Positions 49,885 to 63,636 are shown, counted from the first letter of the whole stretch. The stretch is DNA of 63,679 bases, filler included, from Choristocarpus tenellus KU-1152 (GCA_964200185.2; 12 parts of 12 records of this genome joined end to end with filler, not necessarily neighbours in it), one strand, 5' to 3'. The notes: generated by a model not told the origin, from the letters alone. A program made the numbers and translations.

Positions 49885-50048
49885 GGGCTCAAAATATCTG
49901 GGGGAGAGTGGCATCTGTGAATTCGAGGCGCATTTTCCATGTCTCGATTTTGGGGTGATTTGGTTGCATGCATCAGATGGATAATGCAAGTGCACTTCTC
50001 CTGAATGGACACCCTGGTGTAGACCCCCCCCCACCTAGATACTTTGAG
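49885..50048. mobile_element. MITE family A, complete copy
   Basis: GGGCTCAAAATATCTGGGGG...AATGGACACCCTGGTGTAGACCCCCCC...AGATACTTTGAG. Confidence 0.85.
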
Positions 50049-52290
50049 TAATGACCAATCTCCATATACAGCGCAAGTATTGTGTACACACACATTCTGG
50101 TAGGGCATACATAGTAAGACCGTGTACACTTCCCTCCTGATAATGCTGCTGCATGCTAGTGCAACTACTATGCAACCATTATTGCCCCATACTTCAAAAC
50201 ACTTCATGTGCTACCCAGAGAAATTTTAGTAAATCTGTTGGTCACTTACCTACTGCCATAAATACTCCATACCATACAGTGTTAAAGTGTGTAATTTTTG
50301 CCCATAATACTTGCAACACACACCCCATAGTTGATAATCAGATTCACAATAATGTGTATTGTTGGCCTTCTCAAATGGATTTTGTGCCAGATCTCACATA
50401 GAATGTCATTTCCCACTTGCTACTATACAGCCCTAGGGTTGTGATTAGATGGTCGAGGTCCACCTCTTGACTCACTGCAAATGAAGGGGATTGACATCGA
50501 ATACATGCAAATAGTGTGTAACCTTCCATTTTTGGCGAAGCCAGACAAACTTGAGCACTCCAATTCAGCACATAATCAACACCCCCTCCAAACTACCACC
50601 AGTTGTTGTGTTGTGCTTAGTGTTGCTGAATGAAGCCTATATTGTACATGTCTCTACTGCAACCCTCCTTGCCAACTGCTACTGCTCCAGTATGCATGCT
50701 GCACAAATCTACTCCAGGCTCTAGGTATAGCCACAACAATCGGGGTAACCTGCAAGTAAGACTAGGTCAAATGGTCCCTGCGTACAACTTTATCTTGTCC
50801 TTCCTCTGCTGTGTCTGGGCTGCCCAGGCAGTGCCTGGTGGTCTCCAAATCAAAAGTGGAATAGACACACAGTGAAAGCCAAAATCTTGTTGTACTCTAT
50901 GGAGAGTTCAAATCCCAAGGTTGCTTGAATTCCCACTCCCTGTCTTCATTTAATTTCATGGCATACTCTCATAGTTAATTCCACCAAATCTCGTCCACTT
51001 CAACACGCATAGACATCCACATGATTTCATCAATTTACTCCTAAGCAGTAGCCGTTTCCCACATACATGTCTATCACACAGATATCCCCCTTCTGCTTCC
51101 TAACCAATGTTTGACAGTTAAGTTGCGACCAGGAACTATGCCTTCTGCACTCATGTGTGCATTTCCCCCCCCCCACCTGACACAGCACCTCCAACTCCCG
51201 GATGTGAAAGAGGATTAACATTGAGCACCTATGGCTCCATCGTCTCTTTCAACGACTGTGAAGCTACGCAAGAGATAGTAGGTTGCCTCGCTGTGTGTAC
51301 CGGATCACATCATTAGCTTCTGAGACGTTAGCGTCCCAGACATGGTTTGGTGGTCTTCCTCTAGTGATGGAATGATATCGAAGCTATGCAGGATGAGGGG
51401 GCTGGTCGTGTCACTGTGTGCACTATGTTTCCTGTGTATTGTTGAGTATGTTCGACCTTGATTGCGCACTCACTCTCGCTGTCTGTCTGTATACTCTCGT
51501 CGTTTATTCTTTCACAACAATAGGTCTTGTCAAGTCTCGATTGGATCGACATGGGTGCAACTGGTCCATGACAGTCCCCCTTCTACAGTCCGAGACCATG
51601 CAGCTAGAATATTATCCACAAAAACGGTCTTCAATGAAAGTAGGAACTTGGTTCAGACCGAATGTTTAAAAGGGGGTGTGGCGTCTATTTTACCTTTCTC
51701 CTCCCAAACCTTATCTACACACTAACCTCCTTCATATAGATGGAGTGGCCCATTTGAGGTCCACCTAGAAATTTTTCAGAAATTTCAAGATACACAAGGA
51801 ATTTCACTTTGAAATATATAGTATTGAAGTGTGTATGTTTTATATACTCACAAAATTTTGTCTTTTGTAGGACTTTGAACATTTTCCTGATGGTACACCT
51901 CAAATTGTCCAAATCATAAATATAATACAATGATTTGAAGGGTACCATTTATGGTGACATTGGTGGAACTAAAATCAAAACCACAAAAGGGAATCACTTT
52001 CCAACATATATGTATGTTTTTTATTATGTGTGTGACATGTTGTAGATACGTCAATGGAAGTCAATGAAAAGTCAATTCATACTGGATAATTATTGCTTTG
52101 GTGAGTTGTACAAAATTAGTCGCGGTGGAAAGTTTTGGATGCCTCGACAAGCAAGTGGAATGCTTCCTGGATGAGCTGGCTACTCGCATGGTAGTAGGGG
52201 GGCGAGGGGCTGGAGGTTATAGTAGGAAAGGAGTAGTGAAATCTGTCTATGCCAAATTGTCTCGGTAACTACGCAAGTGGCTGTCTTGAG

Positions 52291-52480
52291 GTGTCATGTG
52301 TCTTAAGCTGGAATCACCAGGGAGATGGGCACAGAGGAGTTTATTGGATTCTTGGGATGCCTCCCTAGCTCCTCCCCCCAGGGCACAGGTATAGGTAGAT
52401 TGGAGACACAGGAAGGCAGTAGTTCAACATAGATGGCGGTGAAGTAAAAAATAGATCAGTGTCTTTCGCATTTATGATTT
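52291..52480. repeat. Dispersed repeat, copy of 25143-25330
   Basis: Direct sequence similarity to the copy at 25143. Confidence 0.9.
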
Positions 52481-52743
52481 TTTTTTTTCTTTTGGGCTTA
52501 GGCCATCTCATATGCGCACGTTTTGTATTGCTGTTTGGTTTTGCTGTTTGGTGAAAAACTGAACGGGAAAAAGAGAACTGGAAAAATGTGACTGAAGAGA
52601 GTTATACGATAGATTTCATCCCGATTATACCGACGCCTTGTCTTGTACATACAAGACCTTCCAATACCACTATTACACCACTCCGCTGTAATATCTAACC
52701 CTCGAAAGTCAATACCAACACAAGATTCTTGGAACACTGAATC

Positions 52744-53896
52744 GTGGCTTATCAGGATGTGGTCACGGGCGTAGGCTTTGAGCTGAATGCTACAGTGTCA
52801 TGGGTACTGAAGAGACTGAAAAAAACGTGCGGTTCAAAGATGAAGGCTGCTCATTTGAAGTCGTACCAAGCGATTCATATTGCCTATGCGGCGAGGTTCG
52901 TGAAGGAATGCGGAAGCACAGTTTCACGGAATTCAACACATGCCTTGGCAACGCAAAGGCACATGGAAGTGGTGGTCCATAGATTCTTGAAGTTGTAAGG
53001 AGAGGAAGCCCCAGACTTGACCCCCCCAACTCTTATGAAGGAAGTGTTAGAGCAGACAACGTTGGGAACCGGGAAGAAGACCGTTCCGAAGACATTCTTA
53101 AGTGCGAACACTTTTTTATGGCCCAGGTGGACTAAGGTGCAGAAGATTGTCACCAACGTGTACATCCCCCTCTGACTGGCGTGAGTATGACCGTAAATGT
53201 TGCTGAGCTCCTGCTGTATTGCATTTCACTTTCGTAGGTTACACACCTGAGATCCATAATCACAACACTCAATGGGGAGTATCTTAACATACACACATCC
53301 AACACTTTTCTTGCTTCCCAGTCTTGTCCCTGGAGGAAAGTTGCGGTCTGCCTATAGAAGCTGTGCGACCTGTTGTGGGGGGAACAGGAGAAATCGAGGA
53401 TTACTGGGAGTACCATCGACCTTGTTGGAGGGGGGGAGAATGAAGGCGAATCTCCAGCAGCGACTGAGGCTAAAGTGGTGGAGCCTGATTCAGGAGGTCC
53501 CACTTCCAGTCCTGCCAGCGCCACCCCAGAAAGGCCCAGCAACGAACTACCCTCTCCTGGATCAGTAGGGAGAGACCTTTGCCCCAGGTTTCCCCTGGTC
53601 CCCCCCCTCCAAAAAAAATGCCAGATGGTTGGGTCCCTCCATATCTTCTCCTGTTTGCAGTGCATGGACCCCCGTCCAACGGTGTGCTCCAAGACTTTGA
53701 CATGAGTATGAGTGAGGGACCCCTACAACAAGAAGGGTCCACATCCTGTGACTTCAGCAGGGATGGGGGGTCAGTGGAGTCTTCTTCAATGGAGGGTGTG
53801 GAGGCAATGAGGAGGTTCAGGCTCGCAGTAAACCCAGGATCGAGGAGTCGACAGCAGTTATGGAGGGCTGCTGAGGAGGACTTGAAGTTGGAAGCA
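52744..53896 (+). pseudogene. Decayed spliced ORF, possibly a transposon-associated accessory gene; cut off by a MITE at 53897
   Basis: Coding-like sequence continues through in-frame stops (near 52996 and 53173) and frameshifts, with a GTGAGT...CAG intron near 53180-53321. Peptides: LWPRWTKVQKIVTNVYIPL, PGGKLRS, MPDGWVPPYLLLFAVHGPP. The family assignment is inference only. Confidence 0.4.
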
Positions 53897-54153
53897 GAGT
53901 GAAAGTATCTTAGAGGGTACGAGTTTTGCCCTGTTTGTCCATTTGAGGCTTGGCTTCCCATGGGTTTTTATTACATTTTCCTACTCCAAAATGTTTAGGA
54001 GTAGATAAAATTTACACTTCATGAAAAGGTGTGTCCGGAACAAGGATATTGACACTTCCTAACAGACATGATCGCGAAAATTACATCAAAATCGCAACAT
54101 TGGATTTTGGCACCCGAATGGACGCGGCTCTACCATCTAAGATACTTTGGCTC
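53897..54153. mobile_element. MITE family B (~260 bp), complete copy
   Basis: 23-bp imperfect TIRs GAGTGAAAGTATCTTAGAGGGTA ... TACCATCTAAGATACTTTGGCTC. The body is homologous to 18339-18603 and 63338-63589. Confidence 0.88.
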
Positions 54154-54649
54154 ACTGTTATACAAATATACACTGTTATTGTACAAGTATATATGTTCAT
54201 TATACAAATATATACTATTATTGTACTAATGTATACTATTGTTACAATAAAAATTACCATATATTACTCCCCATAGATGTTTTGAGGGTACCGGTCTTAC
54301 ACTCAACAGAGACGATTCCGACGAAATATACACCCTCCCTCTCACTGCATGCTCCCCGAGCGCATTGGTGAAACCTCATGCCTGGTAACAAAGTAACATT
54401 CATACATCCATACCGTTGATGTCCTCGTGCTCATGTATTCCACCTTCGCAGACGATGAAGCCATTCAGAGAGTGAAACACGAGCAAAGCGAGTCTGTGCG
54501 ACTTCTCCACAAGACAGGGNNNNNNNNNNNNNNNNNNNNNNNNNNNNNNNNNNNNNNNNNNNNTTAATTAATTAANNNNNNNNNNNNNNNNNNNNNNNNN
54601 NNNNNNNNNNNNNNNNNNNACGTGTGAGTAAAACACCTTGTGCGGGTGT

Positions 54650-54827
54650 GGGGGGGGGCGAGGGGGGGCGGGGGGGTCTACACCAGGGTGTCCATTTGTC
54701 CCAAAATCAGGAAAAGTGTACTTACATTATCCATCTGACGTATACAACCAAATCACCCCAAAATCGCGACTTGAAAAAATTGACCCCAAATGGACAGCTG
54801 CCACCCTCCCCCCAGATACTTTGAGCC
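54650..54827. mobile_element. MITE family A, reverse copy near a contig start
   Basis: GGGGTCTACACCAGGGTGTCCATT...CATTATCCATCTGACGTATACAACCAAATCACCCC...CCCCAGATACTTTGAGCC. Confidence 0.85.
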
Positions 54828-57800
54828 AGATACGAAGTATTAATATAGTATGCACATGTCACAGACAGGAGAAGTTGTTTCATCTAACAACAGTGAAGAA
54901 ATATAATCGCAAGAGACGAGACAAGAAAGAAGTACAAATGATGCACCTGTTGTGTACTTCTACAGGAAGATAGGAATCCCAATTCTAGAAAGAAGTATTT
55001 TTTGTAGCTATTACAATTAATCATTCATACTGACTGCTGCTACTTGCTGCGACTGGATTTTTCCAGTCTGAGTCTTCAAGCGACAATAGCTATTTTGGCA
55101 TACTCAGCTGCCTGCCATGCACTGACGTTCATCATTCAGATGATGTTTTTTTGGAAGACAAGGATCTGCATTTTGTATCCTGGTTATGACTCCTTCCATG
55201 TGCTGCAATGCCCCCAGATGCGACAAAAGCATGTACATGCTCCGATTCTATCTCAAGTGACACGCAGTAATGGTCAAAGCATAGCTGGTCTCAGAGATCA
55301 TTGCCCTTTGTGTGCTTGAAAAGGATGTTGCACTGAGCACAGGTATGCAAGGTCCACAATCATTGTGTCTCACCAAGTAGTTGATAAACACAAAAAGCTC
55401 ATATTATTTTTTAATGCATCCTCCACATTTTCTTAGTTTCAGAAACTGACCTATCTCACCACTTGTTGTGCCGGCATTGCTCCTCAGTCATGATTGCTGA
55501 CCAAAAAGGAAGGAAATAACATCAATAGCCTTTTCCCCATCAACAGGTGGGGGCCTAGTCTCATATTTGCGTTTTTCTTATCTACTGTGACAGAACCAAC
55601 TCTACAATTACACCCTATATGATCACTCCCTTCAGAAAGTAGTAGTTAACTCTTCTAACTTGATATATTGATAGGACCTTCCAATACTCTAAAGCATACC
55701 ATACTTGGTGACGACACCCTAGAATGCCGTGTTAGTACTATTCTTTACATGCTGCCTTGACCAACATTGCTTCTTCTACTGAAGCTGACTACACAGTCTT
55801 CATGCAGCATCTGTATTCACTCAATAATCCAAGTATGTTCATTTCATTACGTACTCCGGAGTAAGTAGAAGTAGTTTGTACCATGCCTTGTCCCTAGCGG
55901 TATCAAATGGAGTATTGGGTCAGCGCTTGCAGAATTTGCAGATATTTTTTTCCTTCTCACACAATAGTGCAAGAGAGTCCAGTATCGTGTTAGGGTTAGG
56001 CAACCCTGCACTCTGTGACAAGAACGAGCAAGAAAAAACTCACGCTGAACACGTGGTGATACATACAAGCACTCTTGATAACTGTGGTCAAATGAGGAAG
56101 AGTGCAGTATCACGAGCTGTACGAAACAGCATAGATATCGGCAATTGCAGACTCCTACTAATACTACCAAATATACAGTTGATTCAGGGTATGCCCCCTA
56201 CATCCACCATCTGCTATCGGCTGTGGTATTCAGCATATTTCATTTGTACCTGACTCCTAATGCATTCATCGAAAGCTTGATTGACTATTCACACGGCAAC
56301 TTCTTCCCGATCCCGTTGACTACAAGAAAAATGCAGTGAGTACACCATCAAAGATCTATGACTACCAAGGACTCGATGCTTCCCATACTTTCATCTTTTA
56401 CACAATAGAATGGCAAATGCACATTGAGCAGTACCTGTGCTGCACATCAATAGCGTTCAAAACAGAACACCACGCTCATGTTCATTTTGTGTATGTCGAT
56501 TTCCCATTCCACCGTAGATTTCAGTACCCATCATGGCAAAATGTCAACACAGCTCTGAATATATATACACATATATTTCTCCAAGAGTAACTAACACACA
56601 CTACTGCCAGCATTCTGTCACCATTCTAGGGTATATTTATGACTTCCAGGCAAAGAGTATCAACATGGCTTCCCCCTTCACAAAGGTGGCACGGACTCCC
56701 TCACCACGACTGGAAATGAGCAGCAGTCTTTCTCTGAAATTCCTCCATAGGCTCACACTTTCTATTCTCTTATACCACCGTTGCGCCAGGAGCCCGAAGA
56801 CAGGGGAAGGGTTAGAACGGGAATAATCAGGGTTGAAATTCGGGCTTGACATCACTAGAGCCTTACAGCTCTAGCAGGGGGCTAAGACAACAAAGTGGGC
56901 AAGCTCTGCTACAGAGCTATCTTCGAAAGGATCCAAAACATTATACATTATTGATTTAAGAGGGAAGAAACCCTATGGTATGTATTTGTTTCATAGAAGG
57001 GGGTAGCAATGGGGTATCTTTAGGCATCACACGCAATGAAACATCTACTGCGTTGATGAAAGGTACTCTTACGTAGAAGCTGTGAATATATATGCAATTG
57101 TTCGCAATGCATTACTACTCATACACAGCATGCTGAGCAGAGGGGCGTATTCTCAATTTGAGCATGATGGCAGTGATCTTGATACGGTATTTCTCCCTCT
57201 GGGTTTTTCCCCTCATTTGTAAAAAAAAAGAGACCCCTTAGAGCTCTAGATGATATATTCCAAGGAGACGCAAGATAACGAGGATTGTGACAGCAAAATG
57301 CTAAAAGAACTTAGTGCAATTTTGGAAAAATCCATGGTGAGAGCCATCCTCCCCCATTGCTCACCTGGGAAACCAGATTGTCTCAATTTGAAGAGTTCTA
57401 CCATTTCTTTTCCCAAAAGAGATCCCACTGATTCTATACGAATAAAATTATTGAGTGCAAGCAGAAAACTGAATAAAGATTAACACACAAATTTTGAAAA
57501 TAATGGCTAACCTGACTTAATGATGTTGAGGAGTACAACAAGCTTGGTTCAGGAGTTGCAGGTAGTTTATTAACGATTCGTACTTTTTCCACAGATGAGA
57601 AAGCCGATCCGTCTCACCTAGCCAATAGGATGCATTTGCTCTGAGCATTCCTTACCCTCCTCAGGTTCAATTTATTGTATGTGTTGGCGTCACCAAATTT
57701 GCTGGGGTAGGTGTACGAATGCAAGTGATGTTTAAAGTATCATCGAGACTTATGGTCAGCCAGAGGTCAGTGAACGTAAGGATTTGGAATTCCATCAAAT

Positions 57801-60800
57801 TACGGCTTGCGAAAGGAGTGTGTTTGGATTAATAGAGCCTAGATGTGCAACTCGAGACAAATTTGGGATGCTCTTTCTATCAGAACTCAGGGATATATTT
57901 TGCTAGATGCCAACAATTCAAGCTGGAGGCTCGGGACTCTACTCGTCGAAGTGAATGTGGCATACAGTATATCCCACATAGAGTACATCTTCTCTGTGTT
58001 CAACCACAACTATACTTCTGCCACCGTGCCGTTACAGGTCTGCTTCTGAATTCCGTTCGCCCGTTAAAAATCCTAAAGTAGCAAATTCTTCTTGGAACTA
58101 GTCTGATATTTGGGTTTAAAGGTTCTATACATAGCATATTGGGATCCTCCTTTCCTAATTCTGTAAGCCTTACCTCATCATGGGACTCCTTGGCATGCCT
58201 CCACTGAGCGACAATCCTATCCTGCAAGTTCATTGTTTCTCTAATGCCCTTTGTTCCAAGAACATCCTCCAAATGACATTTGTGAATGTTAACGTTTAGT
58301 TCAATTTGCTACCTAGTATGATGTGAGGTTTCTTTTCGACTGACCTGGCTAGGTTTGGATTTCATGCGCACTTTCCATTCTCTCAGCAGTTTCAGTGCTG
58401 GGGATTAAACCCTGTGTGGGAAAGAGGCTGATGTGATGGAGATCACGCTGGTCTATCAATGACGACATACACCTGCAACGAATGTCAAATACATCCAGTA
58501 CTTGACCAATGGGAGTGGAAGGGAAAGGTGTCCTTCCACGCAGTCTTATGAGGCGATGAACTCCGTAGTGGTATTAATTTAATGCGAAGTGAACCTTCTC
58601 ATAAGCAATACCCTAAACCTGTACTTCGGAGTACTACAATTAGACTTGAGACACCATCAACCCTGGGAACTGACTTTGTATGGATGACAGGCACCTTTCA
58701 CACACGATGATTCGAATCAACCGTAGTGCTCACTTTTGATTGTACCTAGTGATATCCCAGCTATTTTTTGTGCTATTCTTCGTTATTGAAGCCTGGAGTA
58801 ATAAATGTTGCCCTTAATTTCCAAGAAGATGTAGGGTTTGCGAGTGAGCCAAAGTATCTTAGAGGGTAGAGCCGCGTCCATTTGGNNNNNNNNNNNNNNN
58901 NNNNNNNNNNNNNNNNNNNNNNNNNNNNNTTAATTAATTAANNNNNNNNNNNNNNNNNNNNNNNNNNNNNNNNNNNNNNNNNNNNCCGAAATTCAAATGT
59001 TTTTTGGTCTCTTTTTCCCTCCTTTTCCCTGGCACAAATTTTTGTCCCCCCCCCCCCCCCCCCCCCCGCCCCCCGCCCCCCCTCACCCCCCATCTCATTA
59101 GAAGGATCGGCTAGTGGTGCAGCACCAGTTTCTAGGTAGCAAGTGGGCGAAGATGGCATCCACCTTCCCAGGGCGTTCTCCAGGGGACATCAAGAACCAC
59201 TGGTGAGGCACTGTCTTTAATACAGCTACCTATTGTTAGGTGTTGTCGAGAATATACTTTTTTGGTTAATGTCTGAAAGTAGATTGTGTGAGAAACGGTC
59301 AGTTGATGTAGGGGAAGGAGATTGAGTTCCAAAGAAGAGTTCAGGAATTGGAGACGTTGTAGCAAGTATTAGTTATTGGTGATTAGTGATTAGTGATCAG
59401 TGATCAACGGAATGTGTGATTGGTGACAAGGGGGGTTACCTTTCAGGCAGTGAAGGCTCGCTCCTTTCTCCTTCTTTAGTTTATCTACATCCTGTCCAGC
59501 CCAGCGAGGATTGATTCAATACATTTGTATATGCAAGTCTTGGGAGGCAATAGATCTTCTTTAGTGTATGCTGACATGAAGTACTTCAATCTACGAAGAG
59601 AATTAAACAAGAGGCAGCTTGAAGTTGACAAAGGTGGCGAGTGAAGTGGTGTTTCAGTTCTAATGGGGTATCAGAATCAAGATGGAAGTGCAAGGGCTCC
59701 TCTGCTCTTAAGGCATCACCTCAATCATGAGGGTGGTGTATCAGATTCAAAACTATGTTTAGTGTGTGAAATTAATGATTTGGTGAGGTAACCTCTCCAT
59801 CATCATGGATAGAATATGAGTGGATTAAGGTGTGTAATTGAAGTTGAAGCTAGAAAGACAAAACGGTGAGGGTGTCATTTGAAAAATGTGTAGCGGAAGT
59901 GAATTGTGGGTTTAGATATTTTTGGAGGCGTGTGTTGACTGGCTGGGCCGGGTCGATTTTTTACTTTGTAGTGCAGTCAAACCTTGAGCCTAACTGATTG
60001 AGAGGTAGTAGGCAGGTTTGAACCCTTTTGCATTCCAAGTCATCTTTCTTACCCTGTGCAATACACTCTTTTTGATTGCTTTATGTCCACAATGCTACAA
60101 GCGAATGATACCCCCCCTTTCCACACATGAACTATCACCACATTTCACTAAAGATTCTGCATAATTGTACCAAATGACATATTTTTGCCCTTTCTCAGGA
60201 TCCTTGAAATCCAACCCTGCCAATCTCAGCTGGTTTGATCCTTGAATTCAGGGATTCATGGAGTCTGCTTTTGTGTGAAATATGGAAAATTGCTGTTTCC
60301 TTCTTCTCCACTGCTGTTGTAGAGAGTGCCTCCAGTAGAGGGAGGCGTCTAAATTGCACATGTTTAGGTTGAACACATATATGGCTCATGCTTTTATGGG
60401 AGGTTTCTGTTGGATGCTTGTTGGCTTCATTCCTAATGTACTGTCTGTAACTTTGTTGAGAGGAGTACCTCGTTTTGACATGATGTCGGGGTGACTTATG
60501 AAGGCAATCGTGTAATGCTCAAGACACTAAATACACCTCAGGGCATGAGACAAACGTGAAACCACCCACAACCTTGAAGCGGTGACTTGGAGTAGATACC
60601 ATTACACTTGAAAATTATTGGTAGAATTGGGTAAACACCTCATTACCTTTTCAACATTTTTTTTTTAAAACTGCCGTGTGGTGTCTTTTTGTTTTTCTTA
60701 TGTATGCCTTACTCCTATTCATTGACCTATGCCTCTGTGCTTGATGTGTAGAGAATAATGCAAGTAGATAATACTCATAGATGCATTCTATTGGTTCCAT

Positions 60801-62779
60801 ACGATAGAGAGACCCTACTCTATTGGGTGTTGTGATTGAGTGTTTGGATGAGGAAATCATTGGTGCCCATGTTCTTTTTTGTGAGTAAGTATGATTACAA
60901 AGTGATAACATGGAGTATGTAGGCTAGCACCTTGCATAGACGGACCATATACGATTACTGCTCACCTTTAGTGTATGCCTTTTCTATAGTGTCGCTCGCA
61001 CAACAAAGGAATTGTTGCTCTCCAACCTCATCTCTAGTGCTTGTGAAATCATAAGTAGTGCAACTATTCCATTCTAAACGTTTTGTTTGTTTGAAAGGTT
61101 TTCTGGTTTTGACTACAGAAGACCAAAAAAAAGCGATCGGTAAGGACACGTAAGTTTGAAGTGTTAGGGGTAATTTAAGGGCGTACCCTCCGGACAGTCA
61201 ATCTAGAACTTCCGATTCTTCTTGAAATATCGAGAAGGAATCGAAGTTTTCGGCACACTCACCCTTTTTGGATAATAACTCCTTTTCATCTGGGATGTGT
61301 TATATTGGCTGAATATAGCAAATGGTAAGTGCTGTTTCTTTGTGCTGAATGTGTTTTGTTGGTTCAATGTGATGCAGAGGCCCCTATTGGTGTGGCTAGT
61401 GTGCAGTACATATGTTTCTTTTGTGGGTAGAATTGGATTCGGTTGGCTTGGTGCGATTATTTAGCTGTTCTATTTGTACAAGATGTGATCAATGTTGCCT
61501 CCCATGCCAAATACAACTCAATTTTGTTATTTGATGTGTGATGCATTTTGGACATCCAGGTACAAACATCTCAAGAGCTTGGATGGAGAACAGGGGATGT
61601 GTAATTCTGTAGAGCACCCAGTTGATGAGAAAGTCGAGATGCAAGACAAAGTGCAAGAAGGGGATGGGGGGGGACATGGGATTGAGAGAGGTATAGAGGA
61701 ACCGAAAGAAGCTGACATTTTTTGAGTTAAGACAGATGAGCAAGTGGGGGGCCACTCGAAGTACCTCGTTCCACTTCTTCTTGTTTGCAGTTTGTTTTAC
61801 TTGGCTCTATGAGGGGGGAGAGGGCAACAGTAGGAGTTGCTGGTCTATCCTGTGTTGGTATTTGTCTGGGGTATGGATAATGATTATAGGCCTCTGTTTC
61901 TGTGTATCAATACTTTGAAAGAAGTATGTGTGGCGTGTATATGATTTATTCGTGTACTTTGATGTGTCTCTATGCAAGAAGCGAACAGGTGTAAGAAGGG
62001 TGCTCAGATTACAGCTGATTAGACAGGCATATGCAGTGAAATCAGTTAGTGGCCTGGTCATCTCACACTCATCCATCGTAACAATGATTGAAGCGGTAGC
62101 CTGCAATGCAGGAAGTTGACTATGTTGCTCTCTTCTAGGGTTGCCCCACTACCTCATGTGTCGGTTCTCTCCAATGTATATATATATTAATATAGATTTG
62201 AATCCTTATTGATAAGATCGTAAGATGTGTTTTTTTTGTTACTTTGAAAGTGGTGAGAGGAAATAAGTAAAAGTTTTTTTAATGAGGAATGGGTTATCCC
62301 TGTAGAGTTGCAGATGTGTTGCGAACAACTTTGGGTATCTGCACTGCAGTACAACTCGATCACTTAGATTGCTTTTTTGAGCAGAATAAACCAACCTCAG
62401 CATCATACATTGTATCTGTTCCACACTACTAAATCTAACAAAAACACGCTTTAAACCACTATTCTCGTATTCTTTCGTGACTTGGGCTCCCTTTGTAGAG
62501 TATACAAAAAAGGTGTCCCCAAATACCACAAATTCAGGCATACAGAGCTTTTTTCTCAGGCTATGTGCGGCTGATTTGTAGTATACAGCGAGTTACTCCT
62601 GTGTATCAGAAAGAAGACCTTCACTATACAACACGAGACTCTGTTTTGGTGTTTTTGGCAGTCTAATGGCCCACACGTATCTTCTTGTTCCCACCATGAC
62701 TAAAATAGACAAAATGTCAGCGGCAGAACACTGTTTGTATTCTTATGTTTCATTCAGCATCAGGGAGCAAGTACCAATG

Positions 62780-63086
62780 TGTGGGTGTAAGGGTTTGCTG
62801 TATCTGACAAGTTACTCAACAGTCAAATTTTATCATTTTCGTGTAAAATATGCAATCGAATAACCCGACTTGAAAACGAAATCGGAAGTTCATTTTTATA
62901 TTTGAAGTTTGAAGTTTGCTCTCTATCGTTATTTTGGCCATGGATATTTTGCCAAGTTTTATCATGGAGGGAACAAGGAGAAAAATTGAGGGCATACCTT
63001 TCTAAAAATAGCATCTCCACACGAAAATGAGAAAAAATGGCTACAAAATGACTTGCAACATAAATATGGTAACCTTTACACCCACA
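62780..63086. mobile_element. Candidate MITE (family C) with long imperfect terminal inverted repeats
   Basis: TGTGGGTGTAAGGGTT (62780) pairs with AACCTTTACACCCACA (ending 63086). The inverted similarity extends about 70 bp inward (TCATTTTCGTGT / ACACGAAAATGA). Single copy in the window. Confidence 0.6.
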
Positions 63087-63337
63087 TGTACGACTGCTGC
63101 CCAGTAGCTGGATGCAGAAGTCGGGATGTGGACACAAGTCACACACACATACCCCAGAACCTCGTAGTTTTATAGCCTCAACAGCTTTACTTCATGGCGG
63201 AAAGGTGTTTGGGCGTCTTGCTGCATTATAAGAAGAAGAGCCCTGGGATGAGCTGCTGACTCATGTAGTGGGGGGTAGAGGGACTGGGGAGTTTAGTAGG
63301 AAGGGAGCAGCCAAGGCACGCTTGTGACAGATTATGA

Positions 63338-63605
63338 GAGTGAAAGTACTTCGAAGGTACAAGTTTTGCCCTGTTTGTCTGCTTGGGGCTTGGCTTCCCA
63401 CGAGTGTTTGATGACATTTTACCTACTCCAAAATTTGGGAGTATTTGTTTTGGGTGGTTAAAATGTTTACGTAATGAAAAGGTGTGTCCGGAACAAGGAT
63501 ATTGACATCTCCAAACAAACACGTAGCCAACATTATTACATGAAAATTGCAACATTGGATTTTGGACCCCAAACGAACTCATCTCTACTCACCCTGGTGT
63601 AGACA

Positions 63606-63635
<30 letters not shown>
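63338..63635. mobile_element. MITE family B body ending in a family A-type right end (hybrid)
   Basis: 63338-63589 matches 53897-54130. It is followed by CACCCTGGTGTAGACACCCCC..., which is the family A subterminal sequence. Confidence 0.75.

Positions 63636-63636
<1 letters not shown>

Noticed and set aside
50895-50925. GAGTTCAAATCCC resembling a tRNA B-box
   Set aside because: No A-box or cloverleaf; no tRNA is supported.
57820-57960. Minus-strand IPEF*..PNLSRVA (hAT dimerisation-like) and HSLRR (tyrosine recombinase-like) motifs
   Set aside because: Short motifs in broken frames with no supporting neighbouring motifs.
61207-61248. Imperfect ~16-bp hairpin resembling a terminator (also a 16-bp palindrome at 3628-3643)
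   Set aside because: Isolated structures in eukaryotic intergenic DNA with no associated feature.
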